From Tubiluchus corallicola (Eukaryota; Animalia; Priapulida): 64,000 nt of DNA. The DNA is taken from the NCBI GenBank assembly GCA_030141605.1, contig JAQGDQ010000250.1, forward strand, positions 186,001 to 250,000, given 5' to 3'. The position numbers and the translations under genes were made by a program. Of this stretch, positions 1-12,597 are shown piece after piece; positions within the stretch are counted from its first letter, which is position 1; each line of letters starts with the position of its first letter. Under the pieces are notes generated by a model. It did no database searches, was not told where the DNA came from, and worked only from the letters and a program-made list of their open reading frames with translations.

Positions 1-654
1 ATCGCTCATTTAAATATTTATTCAATCATTTATTTATTTAGTTATTTAATTAATTATTTATTTACTTGCTTGCTTTCTTAATTATCTGCTCATTTAAAAG
101 TAGTTAAAAGCATTTTTACAGTCTGCAGCATTAGAGGCAGGAAACTTTGACCTGTGTGCATTTATATTGTTGAGAAATTTTGAGTTTGATTTTTAAAAAT
201 TAATCAGAAAATACTCACTGCATAAACTGTTTGTTACTATGAAAGCACTGTAACTTAAATGTATTACTAGTGACCTATTTAGAATATATACAAAAAGTAT
301 GCTTGGGGTGGAAATGTTCCGAGGCCGTATCCCGGATGTACTTAAAAAAATAGGGGACAACTGTCGGGTGCAGCCGCTGCGAAATGTCACCACTAGAGCC
401 AAATTTGGGAAAATCTAAGACACAACTACATTAACAACCTAGAATAAACAAAGTTTTAGATATAATTAATCACTACTTAGAAAAAATAGCTACTTATCTA
501 TGTTTGAAACTTTTATTCTGTAATGATAAAATAATCTACCCTATGTAGTGACTGTCTCGTTCGATTTAAGAGCATAAATTTTTTTGGTCATAAAATTTTA
601 ACCTATTGTCCTCTTGTGCTAAAAGGGATCTGTCTGTCACAATTTTGCTTATGG

Positions 655-1100
655 AAAATATTATTTTATAGTATTTCAAGGAAACAGGCTACTTATTGCA
701 TTACTACATTAATGCACTCAATACCTGCGCTTATATCTGTGCTCATTCTTCTATATTACTTAATCTTCTATATTAAATATCAATTAATATATTTATTGCT
801 GTTTGAGTGATCAACTGTTTCACAGGAAGCAAATTTTACAAGGCGCCGCATGCTAGAAACCACATACGTAAGCCCCGTTACACACGTGATCACGTGATCC
901 AGCATTCGGCGCCTTGTAAAATTTGCTTCCCGTGAAACAGTTGATCACTCAAACAGCAATAAATATCTTAGCTGATATTTAATATAGAAGGCTGATTAAT
1001 ATAGAAGAATAAGTGCAGATATAAGCGCAGGTATTGAGTGCATTAATGTAGTAATGCAATAAGTAACCTGTTTCCTTGAAATACTATAAAATAATATTTT
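655..1100. repeat. Long foldback / inverted repeat (arms about 200 bp, loop about 40 bp), probably a MITE-like element
   Basis: The left arm 655-858 (AAAATATTATTTTATAGTATTTCAAGGAAACAGG...TTTTACAAGGCGCCG) is the near-exact reverse complement of 897-1100 (CGGCGCCTTGTAAAA...CCTGTTTCCTTGAAATACTATAAAATAATATTTT), with scattered mismatches. Confidence 0.9.
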
Positions 1101-2021
1101 TCTTAAAAGGAAATCTCGACATTTCTCCATGCCGCCAAAATCCCGGCATTTTTAATCATGGGGTTGGATGAGGCAATTCCCGGCTCGGAACTTTTTTTGC
1201 GGTGCATTTTTCGGGCAAAAGTGACTCAGCCCCCGCTCCCCTGGGAAAAATCGGTCCCTACGGAAAGTCAAGATGTCATGGAGAAGCCATACTCAGGTTT
1301 CAGGTGGCAAATCTCTCCCTGTTCTAGGCTGCTGGCTGTGCCGTGGTAAAATTGAAAGGTTTGTTCATACATTTCGCAATGTTACCGCAAATCAGTCAAA
1401 TTTCAATATGCCTATTGTATTGCGCTAATGTCCGCATCTAAACTAATGTAAAATGAAAAAAAAATTATCACACATCTGAGGTCATGCAAAAAAAAATCGA
1501 AATTTTCAATTTGTATTGCATTTTTGGCGGCTATAAATTTCATTAGAGAATGTGCAGACCTTCTTATTTCCACATTATGCAAATAACACATAACTCGTTT
1601 GTATTTGTATTAGACATACAAGATGAGGCGTGAGTCAGAATTTACTATCCGCGGCATCAGAGAACTAAAGTTACTGCCAGTAAGATACATAGCTTTGTGC
1701 TATATAAGTTGCCAAGTTCGATTTATTGACATTCGAATGATAGTCGTATGTGCGCATGGCATGCGTTGATAAGTGATAAATAAAGATCAATAAGCTTTCG
1801 TCGATACCGCTTGCTTGGCTATTAAGCAGAGCTCTTCCATCATTATAGCTCTTTAATGACCTATAACAAATAATTATTAAAAGTTCTTACCACCCCTCCC
1901 CCGCCCAAGCATATTCTGAGTTAGTTTGCATGCCTAAGTCTTAATGAGACCATTTAGGTATTATAGTTTAACATGACAGAATTGTTAGTACATCAAAGAT
2001 TAATTATTGGGCGCCTGTATT

Positions 2022-2058
2022 TATGTCATAAGTCATAAGTCATAAGTCATTTATTTCA
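2022..2058 (-). repeat. (AAGTCAT)n tail next to AATAAA, typical of a LINE 3' end on the minus strand
   Basis: The minus strand reads AAATAAATGACTTATGACTTATGACTTATGAC: a poly(A) signal followed by a short tandem tail, as in CR1/L2-type 3' ends. No intact ORF upstream. Confidence 0.45.
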
Positions 2059-3199
2059 CATTACACATTTTCAATAGTTTCATGTACAATATCTAGTGAA
2101 AGGGCCTACAATGAACATAATACAAATAAGAAATACTGCACAAGAAAAGCCTCAAACACTGTTCACCTATATACGAATGTAAATGTGTTGCGGGCAATCA
2201 AAAAGCAGGGCTTGTTAGATTGTCCCACACAGTGAAAGAAAAAAAAGTAATGGAAATAATCTGAAAATTTAAAGCGAATCGTATCATAAAAAAACATTAG
2301 TGCTTGAAATGGAATGATGTAATGAATGAAGCTCATATATGAGGTGATATAAAAGATAGAAAGACTATGTATACGTGTAAGCTACGTAAATCATGTGAGC
2401 AGAACATTGTAATTACAAATTTTCATAAGTAATTATATAAGTTTCATTACCTTTTTAGCTCACAATACAATATACATGTCTGTTTATTAAATAAGTAAAT
2501 TTATTGAACCACCATTACATTACATTACAAATAAATAAACAAGACAGACTTAATCAAACAGTGAAAGAAACGTTTACTAGAGATAAAAATATACAATATA
2601 TGTAACTTAGGCACAATTATTATACGGCCACACTAACTAATAGTAGCTTGTAAGTGACATTAACAGTACTTAACTTTAACTTATGCAAAATTGCACTGGT
2701 TCCTTTGAGCATAAATAAAGCTAATAATATCCTTTCAAATGCACAGTAGACATCTGTAACAATAAATCTATAATAAAAAAGCGAAAGGTTTTTGTTTGCT
2801 ATTGATTCTGTGCTTAATTAATGATTGTGTTTTTTATTTATTTAATTTATTTAATGTCGATTATTTACATGAACAAACATGAGCTCTTTACCGACTAAAA
2901 TCGTCTGTCTTTTTATTTGTGCGCATACATCATTATATCAATTTTACATTAAACTAACATTCATAACATTACACTGAGTATCTGCTTTTGAACAAATATC
3001 AAACAGCAGATCAAAAATATCAAGTAATATGCCATAAAGGGCAAGAGAAGGGAATTTTAGAATACATTTGTATTCCAAGACATGCCCTACAAAGTTATAT
3101 TACTTAGCATTAGCTTACTTGTTTGAAAACTTGTGTATCTTAATAGAATATTCCTAATAATTTAAAATGTTTAGGCCAACTGGTAAAACGGTAGCAACT

Positions 3200-3715
3200 C
3201 ACGTTTCCCAGTGTGCACCACTGACTCACCAAAAAACATATTGAACTGCAGGCAGTACCTCGCCAACAAGGGCTAAAACCGCCCGGGTTGGTTCGGTGCG
3301 GACGCCAAGCAGTCTATAACTCTTCTGCTATCGATCTACGAAACAACAGAATGATGGATGAGAAAAACGATACTTTTATTAACAAATTACATGAAGTAGA
3401 TTCAAAAATAATGATTAAATAGAGTTTATACTGTCGTGGGTTAAACTAACTGAACCAGTAAAACAGCAGAGAAGACTTTTTTTATACAGGCCAGATGCAT
3501 AACTTGGCTTCAACAGAAACTTACCTTTAGTGTAAAAGGAGCGTTCAGTACAATATTATTGATCTTATTGACAAGATAGAAGATATAAGTACAATTTATA
3601 CCCTTGCTTATTTGTTTATTTGTTTAAATGACTTACCGTTAAAAATAACAGGCGCCGCGAGAGTTTTAATTTTCAAGTTTTGCACAGCGTTGCTGATAAT
3701 AGCAATTTAAAAGTA
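3200..3715. repeat. Dispersed repeat with a deleted relative at about 37410-37600
   Basis: Both sites carry the same blocks in the same order: TTCCCAGTGTGCACCACTGA, TCTTATTGACAAGATAGA, AAATGACTTACCG, AATTTTCAAGTTTT, CAGCGTT.CTG.TAATA. Confidence 0.7.
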
Positions 3716-4996
3716 AGTGATGTAAAATTTCAAGACGAATTTTTAAAGCTTTATTTATGAAGATTGTCTTCTAATGCTTTAATGTATCTAAGTTAACCGA
3801 GGTAGTGATAACACTTTTTTTTTAGTTTACAGGCGCCGCACAGATAAGAAAAGTTTGAATAAAATGCTTATTTCTTGCGAAAACATAATTCTTTTTAAAA
3901 TATTTTCATTTTAAATGGTTACTTTTTGAGTGTGCCTCAAGTAACAAAGAGTTAGAATATTGTTTATTAATGATCCACATTATATACTTTTAATGTACTC
4001 TTTGTGTATGTACAACAAACACGGGCGATAAAGACTTTGTAATCTTTTATTTCTGTTTGCTTTATTCGTTATATTCGATTTCCATGTCTGCGGGCTGATC
4101 AAACGATCAAGCGCTTTGATACATCAAATACTTCCGTCACATTTTATCTACATAAAAGACCCGCTTAATGATATAATAAACTTATAGTATACAATTAATA
4201 AATAGCTTAATGTTGACACAGGTGACTGGCTGTTTTTATCAACTGACGCTAGAATTAAACAAAAAATACGGAAAAGTTTTTGGTGTTGTTTTTAAATTTT
4301 TCACTACAGGTCTCAATCGAATAGGAAGATTATGACCAGAACGGGTAATTCATTTTGACATACAGCCGGAGTTCTTGTTGTCATTTTTATTTAAAGTCAT
4401 CAATTTAGTGCATTCCAGTTTTGTGGTAACTTCGTGACATTGTTGTGAGATGCTTTTAAATATTATTATTTTAGAAGCTTGCGACTGTGCACTGTGGCGA
4501 AAAAATCAGTACCTAAAACTGGTGATTTTAAGATGACATTTGATATCGACTTACTAATTATAGCATAGTAAATTAATTATCTTGTTCTGTTCAGCTAATT
4601 GTCAATTTTAAAATGTCTGCCTACGCTAAAGAAATTTTACACGGAATTTACGCAGTAAGAATTACTGTTATTATCATTCTTCGGGCTCGGTCTTTTCAGG
4701 CGAGATCATAAAAATACAAAAAAGGACTCGTCCCCTCAGATGGGTCATACCACAAGCTTCTTGAAGCTCGCTACTCCATACAGCATTTTTATGGTATACT
4801 GTACAGCCATATAACTAATCATACAATATCTACCATCTATCGGCTATCGTACTTAGTATTGTGCGTACTCTACAGTTCCATCCGATGGAGGTGTCTACCA
4901 AGAGCCCTGTGATATGACCAGTTACTCTATCGGAGATGCCATCCCCACTTATTACATAAACCGAAAACTTATTTATATATACATTTACGTTCCCCA

Positions 4997-5190
4997 AACA
5001 GATTGCGGTGCGTTAGAGGTTCTTAGTATAGGTTGCTATGTATTTTGAAAGTTTGTTCATGTGGCGACATCTTTGAGTTACTATTTTTATATATTTTTAC
5101 ATCTTCACGAACAGTTTGTGGTGCGTTAGAGCTGTTTAGTATTGGTTGCTATGTATCTTAAAACTTTATTCGAGTGGCGACATCTCTGAA
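4997..5190. repeat. Two diverged direct repeats of about 80 bp (period about 113 bp), probably TE-internal
   Basis: AACAG.TTG.GGTGCGTTAGAG...GGTTGCTATGTAT...GTGGCGACATCT occurs at about 4998 and about 5110. Confidence 0.75.
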
Positions 5191-5261
5191 TTCAAGTTCG
5201 ATTTGTGTGCATATTGGTAAGGCTTTCTGCTGAGCGATGACGTCATTTGTTTTGACAGCGC

Positions 5262-5425
5262 AACGAGTAACGCGTTGGTCTACAGATCACACGGTTGCAA
5301 GTTCAAATCCCGTAGTAATCCAGTTTATAAATACTTTATTAACCGGTGAGTTCTTTTTTTGCATGCTCTATGATCTTGCCATGTACTTTGCACTTTCATC
5401 GACTCAATTGAAAATGACTAAATAG
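5262..5425 (+). mobile_element. Degenerate tRNA-derived SINE
   Basis: B-box-like GGTTGCAAGTTCAAATCCC preceded by a degenerate A box; no intact cloverleaf. Confidence 0.4.
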
Positions 5426-5900
5426 AGAATTTTTTGAAAAAAAAAAATCTAACTTTTGATACTCACTCCAACAAACGACTATTTGTTGAATAATTTTAAA
5501 CCGTTTAGAACTGTGAGTATTCGACATTCTATGCGGATCTAAACATTTACAACAGCTGTATAAAACTGTTTATATCGCCGAACGAACGGCAATCAAAAAT
5601 CCGTAATAAGTAATAAAACCATTTAAAATGAAAATAACAGCCAGCACCCACTTAAGCAAAGAAATGGCTTATATTCAGACACAAACATTAGCAACATTTC
5701 AACTAGTTATGGTTACCTTCAGGCAACAATCCACATAAATAAAAATACAGTGTAAAAAATTACAAAAATCGACGTTGTGGGATTCCTTCTATGTTTGTTT
5801 CTAAATAAAAGATATAGCTTTCTTAAGTGGGAGCTGAACGTAATTTTCATTTTATTAATTCGTTTTCTCCATCATCAATCATTTAAAAATTAGATTAAAC

Positions 5901-6042
<142 letters not shown>

Positions 6043-6132
6043 TAACAAATAATATCTCATAAGTGCTTTGTAGCTAGGTGACAGTTTGAAACAGACACTT
6101 GTACAATGTACATCTAATACGCCACAAGTGAA

Positions 6133-6177
6133 AAGAAGAAGACGAAGAAGAAGAAGAAGAAGAAGAAGAAGAAGAAA
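6133..6177. repeat. (GAA)n microsatellite
   Basis: Seen directly. Confidence 0.95.
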
Positions 6178-6342
6178 GAATGGTCCCATGACAGACGCCA
6201 GACTGTTTGGCATACATAGTTGCGGCATCTATTTTCCATCAATTATCTAAGGAGGATTCTGAGAACAGGTGACTAATCCATCGCTCAGTTGCTTTACTTT
6301 GTCCTCCAATACATGAGCAGGTGCTCATTAAAGCTGACCCCT

Positions 6343-6617
6343 GTGGTGGCGGTGGCGGTGTTGTTGGTGGTGATGTTAGTAGTTTTGGTGGTGGTGGTGG
6401 TGGTTTTGGTGGTGGTGGTGGTGGTGGTGTTGGTGGTGGTGGTGGCAGCGGTGGTGGCGTTTTCGGCGGTGGTGGCGGTGGTGTTGGGGGTGGTGTTGGT
6501 GTTGTTGGTGGTGGTGGCAGTAGCGGTGGTGATGGCAGTGGCAGCGGTGTTGGTAGTGGTGGTGGTATTGATGGTGGTGTTGGTGGCGGTGATGGTGGTG
6601 GTACAGCAGTAGTGGTG
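6343..6617. repeat. Degenerate (GGT)n microsatellite
   Basis: Seen directly; produces overlapping poly-Gly, poly-Val and poly-Thr ORFs in three frames. Confidence 0.85.
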
Positions 6618-7852
6618 ACAGTTCATATTTCGCTATAAAACAAATTTAACTTGATTTTCGTTCAACAACAAATCTGAAGTCGCAAAACTGCCAACTCTCA
6701 CGCAAAGCACTGTAAGATGGCATGCACTGCAGAAGTAGCAAAAGTAGCCAGGAAGACATTAAAGACTAATTTATAGTAATGACAAGACACATGACACATT
6801 CCTTCTTTTTCTGTGATAAGCTTCAGACGTAAATTACATAAATTAACATCAATACAAGTTCCCGAGCAGAATACTCGTGGAAGAGAAAGAAACTCCTAGA
6901 AATCTAATGTCCGGGGTCTGAATAATAGCCATTAACAAGTGAATACTAAGAGTGTATCACTCCGCCAATATTCAATACTTCTTGCGCTGCATAAACACCA
7001 GCCATGTTATCTTTCGCTTTTGTTACAAGACTTTTGCATAAGAGTAAGCCACTGTTTCAATAGAAAGAGTCGTATTGACGCAAGAAATTATGTTCCAAGT
7101 TCGATATTTATTATAAAACCTACAATGTCAATATGCAGAAACTGAAATTTGAGGAAATTCTTCCAAACAGCGCAGAATCCAATCAATGAAATGAGTCACT
7201 CAACATTTGTGCAGATTCTGAAACAGCGCACACATAATCCTCACTCGTTTTCTTCCCAGTGAAAACTCACTTTGCAAAGTGAAATTAGACACATTTGAAA
7301 TCCGAAATATTTCGATTTTATCATTTTCATGCTTTATGAAATTTTTGCATTTTCATACTTTCTCTTATTTTATTATTCTTCTCCTGCTCGATTCTTTTTT
7401 CTTGTTCTTTCGTTTCAAATATGATAATTAATTTTTTTACATTTTACTGTTTAGAAGTGCCACTTTTCAATATCGTGCAAAACTAAACAGCAAAAATAAC
7501 AAGCCTTTCGTCATCGTCTTTGTTTGGATTTTGTTAAGTAAAAAAGCTTTTTTTAACCTCTGAGAGTGTATCTGACTTGCAGTGCGCTTCACATATAATT
7601 AAAATTAAAAATCATTATTAATTTCGACAAATTTCGTGTTCTATTAACAAAAAATGAATAAAAATAAAGTAAAACTATTCTATAACTGCGAGCACTGGTA
7701 CCTAAGAATCAAATCAAAGAGACTAAAATCAGTAACAAAGAAACCAAAATTGTCGTGCTTACAGGTTCTTCGACAGGATCCTCCTCCTCCTTGTTCATGC
7801 TCGACAGGACTGACAAGTCTAATCCTCAGTGAAGTACTAGAAACGCCACTTA

Positions 7853-8107
7853 TAATAGTCATAATAATCTTTATTTAAAGTCGCTTTTTGGTGAACAATT
7901 AACAATAGCTCAGGCATTAAATAACAGACTACAACTACGTAACAGAAGCTATTATTACGCCACTTTTACCCTAAATACCACGAGCCAGGCGGCAGGGCAA
8001 TAGCAAGTACCATTTTTAAAGTCATTGGTATTTCACGGCCGCTGTATCGAACTCACGACCTCCCAGACGGAAAGCGGACGCGTTACTACCAGATTAAACC
8101 GTCTGGT
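7853..8107 (-). mobile_element. tRNA-derived SINE
   Basis: Minus strand: A-box-like CGGTTTAATCTGG, B-box GGTCGTGAGTTCGA, body GACTTTAAAAATGGTAC, tail AATAAAGATTATTATGACTATTAT. Confidence 0.6.
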
Positions 8108-8182
8108 ATAGCACGTTGTTTTCCAATATTGATTTTTTTCCAATTAAATCCTTTACAAAGATATGAAAGAATATGTATTCTT

Positions 8183-8347
<165 letters not shown>

Positions 8348-9044
8348 ATTATTTATATCTATATATATATATAAGAATATTCTTTATATATAATTACAAC
8401 ACACATATATATATTATATATGTATAAACGCAAATTATTTTTCAAAATAGTTATATTAGTAGAAAATATGGCCAAGCAATGCTCAGCTACTATCTGTCTA
8501 TATCTCTGTGAAGTTTATTTAGGCAAACTTTCCATCCTGTCTTTAACGGTTTACGAAAACACTAGCTAATGCATTCAGTAACCAGCCAGAGACATAATCA
8601 TATGTCCAAACATAACACGCCAAGAAATTTTAATATGCTTCACGAGAACAGGGTCAAAAATGTAAATCGCTTCTAATAATAGCGTTCACTGGCTTCTATT
8701 TTCGCTAACATGGATATATAAATCTTCGCGCCAAGCACTAGTTATGTGATTTTATATGAAACTCGAAAAAAACGCTAATTCAGTGTAGTTGAATTGAAAA
8801 CCGGACTGCCCATCACGTTTTGAGAGAGAGGCGAAGAAAAGACGGGGGGGGAAGTGAAGAGGAATTGTACGGTAAGGAATGTAATAATCTCTGCTGACGT
8901 TTCCAAATAGTAATGTTTAGTTTTGCCTTTTACGTGTTTATGAACATCATTGTTTTTTTCAAACCTTGAGTGGCAATTTTTTGCTGACGGTTCAATCTTC
9001 ATTTTTTAAACTCCGATTCATAATCGTCATAGTTTGGTAACCCG

Positions 9045-9348
9045 CAGGGGCGTATCAAGACTTTACGACGCCGTAGGCTGATAGTTCTGACCCTCCCAGC
9101 TCTATTGCGAATTTACGGTTACTTATGTAATCAGCTTGTAAACAATTACTTGTGGTGTATTAGAAATACTATTAACCTAATTGCTACGTATTCATTTTAA
9201 TTACATGTATTTGCATAGCGCTTATATTTACGCAGTTTGCGCAACTGCTTATTGTGTAATACCTTGCACCTGTTCATTATGTGGCACTCAGTAACTGCCT
9301 GGTAACCTGCCAGTATAGGCTAGTAACCTATTGGTTAATACGCCCCTG
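9045..9348. mobile_element. hAT-superfamily MITE (304 bp)
   Basis: 11-bp TIRs CAGGGGCGTAT/ATACGCCCCTG and a perfect 8-bp TSD GTAACCCG (9037-9044 and 9349-9356). Confidence 0.9.
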
Positions 9349-10001
9349 GTAACCCGTTGGCCCCGCAGTGTTTTTGAGCAGAAAATGAAGCATCATTTTG
9401 ATATAATTGACATGGAATCAATCAAACAACTAGCTGTAAAAATTTCAACGTGGCGTCGCAGAAAAGCTCCATGCTGAGTCGCCTATTCGTTGAAGAAACC
9501 CCGCCATTGAAACCATATTCTCTTTATAAATTTTGTAAACATGCATCGTGGATTTCGGCATTAAACAAAACAGATTGACATATTGTATACTCTTAAACCA
9601 TGCCGACTTGCAAGATGTTTTCAATATTTTGCCCTATTAAAGAATGAAATAGCCTCACTGTTATACTAAACTAACTAACTTTGATCATTTTGTAGCTGCT
9701 GAAGGCGACTGATCAACAATTTAAAGTCAAACGAAACTCCAGACAGAAGTTGCTCCGACCAGTAATTGAAATACGGTGCAGTAGTGCAATAGGACTATAA
9801 TTGCGATAGAAATATTTTTACTTAGTCGCATAACGTTAGTTGTTGGGTGTTATGCTACAAAATGTAGAGGATGAAATTAGTGAAGATGTGTTCTTTTACA
9901 ATTCTTTGTCCTCTAAACTCCTTCAAGTTAGCCCTTTAACTGTATTTTTCATACCCTATACTACTAATAAATTTATTTCTCAGTGCCTGGGATATGTTTC
10001 C

Positions 10002-10038
10002 TCTCTCAGTCTCTCTACTCTCTCTCCCCCCTCTCCCT

Positions 10039-10098
<60 letters not shown>

Positions 10099-10232
10099 TG
10101 TCTGCTTCTCTCTCCCTTTTTCTCTGTATCTTCGTCCTTCTTTCTATTTCTCTCTTCTCTCCCTCTCTTTCTTTCACTCTCTCTCCCTCTCTCTCCTCTA
10201 CCTTCATCTAGCCATCTCTCTTTTTCTCTCTC
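10002..10232. repeat. (CT)n / polypyrimidine low-complexity tract
   Basis: Seen directly; source of the ERER/SLSL ORFs. Confidence 0.95.
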
Positions 10233-10542
10233 CCTTACTGTCTTCTTTTTCATTTGTCTCTGTTTTCTCCTTGCCCATTGCTCATGTTTGCTATACACTG
10301 TGCCACGCTTCCGTCGCGTTGCCGCTTCAATAGCAAAAACGGCCACACACGCGCCTTCTCCAAGCCTTCCCTAACTGACATGTGGTGTGAAGGTGAAACA
10401 CTTACATTGATGTGCTGATTCATAATATCCATAGACAAATATTTATAATTGAGAAGTGTATTACAGGCTTTAACGACATGTGTGGCACAACAAGAGGAGA
10501 TCCACCATTATAAAATAAGATTTGGTCTGAAGATAGCAGGCG

Positions 10543-10583
10543 CCAATCAGAAGTGGGCGGGCATGTTCTAAAACGATATATAA
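10543..10583 (+). promoter_or_regulatory. Candidate Pol II core promoter (CCAAT, GC box, TATA)
   Basis: CCAATC at 10543, GGGCGG at 10555 and TATATAA at 10577, followed by an ATG at 10635 and a strong donor AG|GTATGT at 10647/10648. Confidence 0.35.
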
Positions 10584-12511
10584 CTGGCTGAAATAAATCT
10601 TGCAGATTTGTCAATTATTCAATTTTTTGTAGCAATGTGGCATTTAGGTATGTCTTCTATCGAGAACTGGAGCATTAAAATTAGTATTTAAAAAGCCTAA
10701 TATCTTACATTAACATACTATAAAAATTTAATTATGTTGTTTTCTGGTTCTTTTAACCTCCTTTGAACCCAAAAAACAAAAACCACTATACAAGTGCGAC
10801 ATACAGGTTTAATCTTTTTTGCCAAAGAATATTTTATGCCAAAGTCCTTGCCAGAAAATGAGTCATTAATTAAACTGATAACTGTAGGAACTGTAAATAT
10901 TTTCCCCTTAATTTCGCTTTTTAAAATTCTACGATATTTTTCTGTATTTTCTCTGCCTTTGCAAAATGTATTTTGTTGAATTTCCAGGCGAATCGATGAT
11001 TAAAAATAAGGCAAGAGATGTCAAAGGACTGAGCGTAAAACCTAACAAACAAGGTGGTCTTGCAGGGTTAGTTTTAGACTGCTTAGTGCTTTGCTACCTT
11101 TATTATATCAGCAGCTTCTTGGTATTGCTGTATACTTGCTTTAACTGGTGCTTTCTATATGCATTGCTTTTTCGACATTTTACAAACTTTTGGAATTCTG
11201 TAGTACCGCTGTTTGGGTTATACATGGTCTTACTAACACTAGAACGGCCTATATTTAAGCTGTTTGGCCCACACGGAGTGTCCACTTGAGTCACGATGAT
11301 GACAGATTGTTTTTAGCAAAAATTGTTGTATGTGGGCAATACTGAAGACTCCTTTTTCGCTATGTGAAATAAAAATCATGTCAACATTTTGAAAACATGG
11401 TTCAAAATTCTGAATTAAAAACCAACAGTAAGCATAGATTTTGTGGTACGTATTATGTCTTAACGAAACCAATAATGCTGTGGAGATTTTTTTCAAGACT
11501 TCTGGATAATAATAATAATAATAATAATAAAATTCTTTATTGCTGTTAAAATTACACATGGATGAACTGTAAGCTACATTCAAAAATTGATAGTGTAACT
11601 CATTACCGTTTTAATAGGTGAAGCACTTATCTACTGTAGTTTGTCAGCGGCCCCTCTTCTATGCATATATGTAAAATCATATTGTTATTACGATTGTTAT
11701 TTTTGTGTTTGATAGGCAAATTTACATTTTAATTCGTGTTTGATAAAAGTTGTGTAACCAGTTCCTTGCTACACTCACTGCACATTAATTTTCTCAAGGC
11801 GCCTTGGAGAAGTTTTCTCTAAAATGTTACTATTGTCACTGGCCGCCATGAGCGGCACCACTGCGTCTGCATTCCACCAATTCTTCGCCAACAGAAACGG
11901 ACTTCTAATTGCAATGTATTTGTCCAGATGCAACATTTTAGCGAGTGGCAAAGACTGGGGATAGATCAAATTAAAACACTCCAAACTATCATTTCTCGCT
12001 TGAAAGAGAGCGAAATGTTAGTTTGTAGAAAGAGCAAACGTTCAGGCTTTGTCCAGGGTATCTTCTCAAACATGGCGGACGCTAAAATGACTCAAATCTT
12101 ACTTTGACGGTGAATCAAATCAAACAAGGTGTCATTGCAACTTCTTCAAAGGTTAGAAGGCACTTAGCCGAATTCTTAACTAATGCTGTAATGAAAACAA
12201 AAAACAATGGACGGATCCTGGTTAAACGCCATTGCCCATTAGCAAGGTAAACATATCAATGGAGCGTGTGTACTCGAGAAAGACAAAAATGACCATGATA
12301 AAGCAAGGCTACAGAACGTGGGAAACAGCAGTTAGGACTTTTCTTGATTATGATGCAAAACAAAACGACTAATTTCACAAATTTACGAAACTTTCTCACT
12401 AATGAATTAATTATTACAATATGAATGTCAAGATGATTGTTACTGAGGGTAAGAATCCATCATAATTAATTAAATTTTGATATCAAGCTTGAAAGACAGG
12501 AAATGTGAAAA

Positions 12512-12597
12512 AGCTGCAACACAGTCTGGATTTGAACAAGTAACCTTCTGCTTACTAGGCTGACGCCTTTAGATCACTAAGCCACCACATTCCCCAG
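12512..12597 (-). mobile_element. tRNA-like SINE head
   Basis: Minus strand: A box TGGCTTAGTGAT and B box GTTCAAATCC at tRNA-like spacing; acceptor stem not intact. Confidence 0.5.

Noticed and set aside
6289-6638. Gly-rich, Val-rich and Thr-rich ORFs
   Set aside because: All are frames of a degenerate (GGT)n repeat adjacent to other microsatellites; no supporting exons were found.
12512-12597. tRNA gene (also 5262-5312 and 8035-8107)
   Set aside because: A and B boxes are present but there is no complete cloverleaf; better explained as SINE heads.
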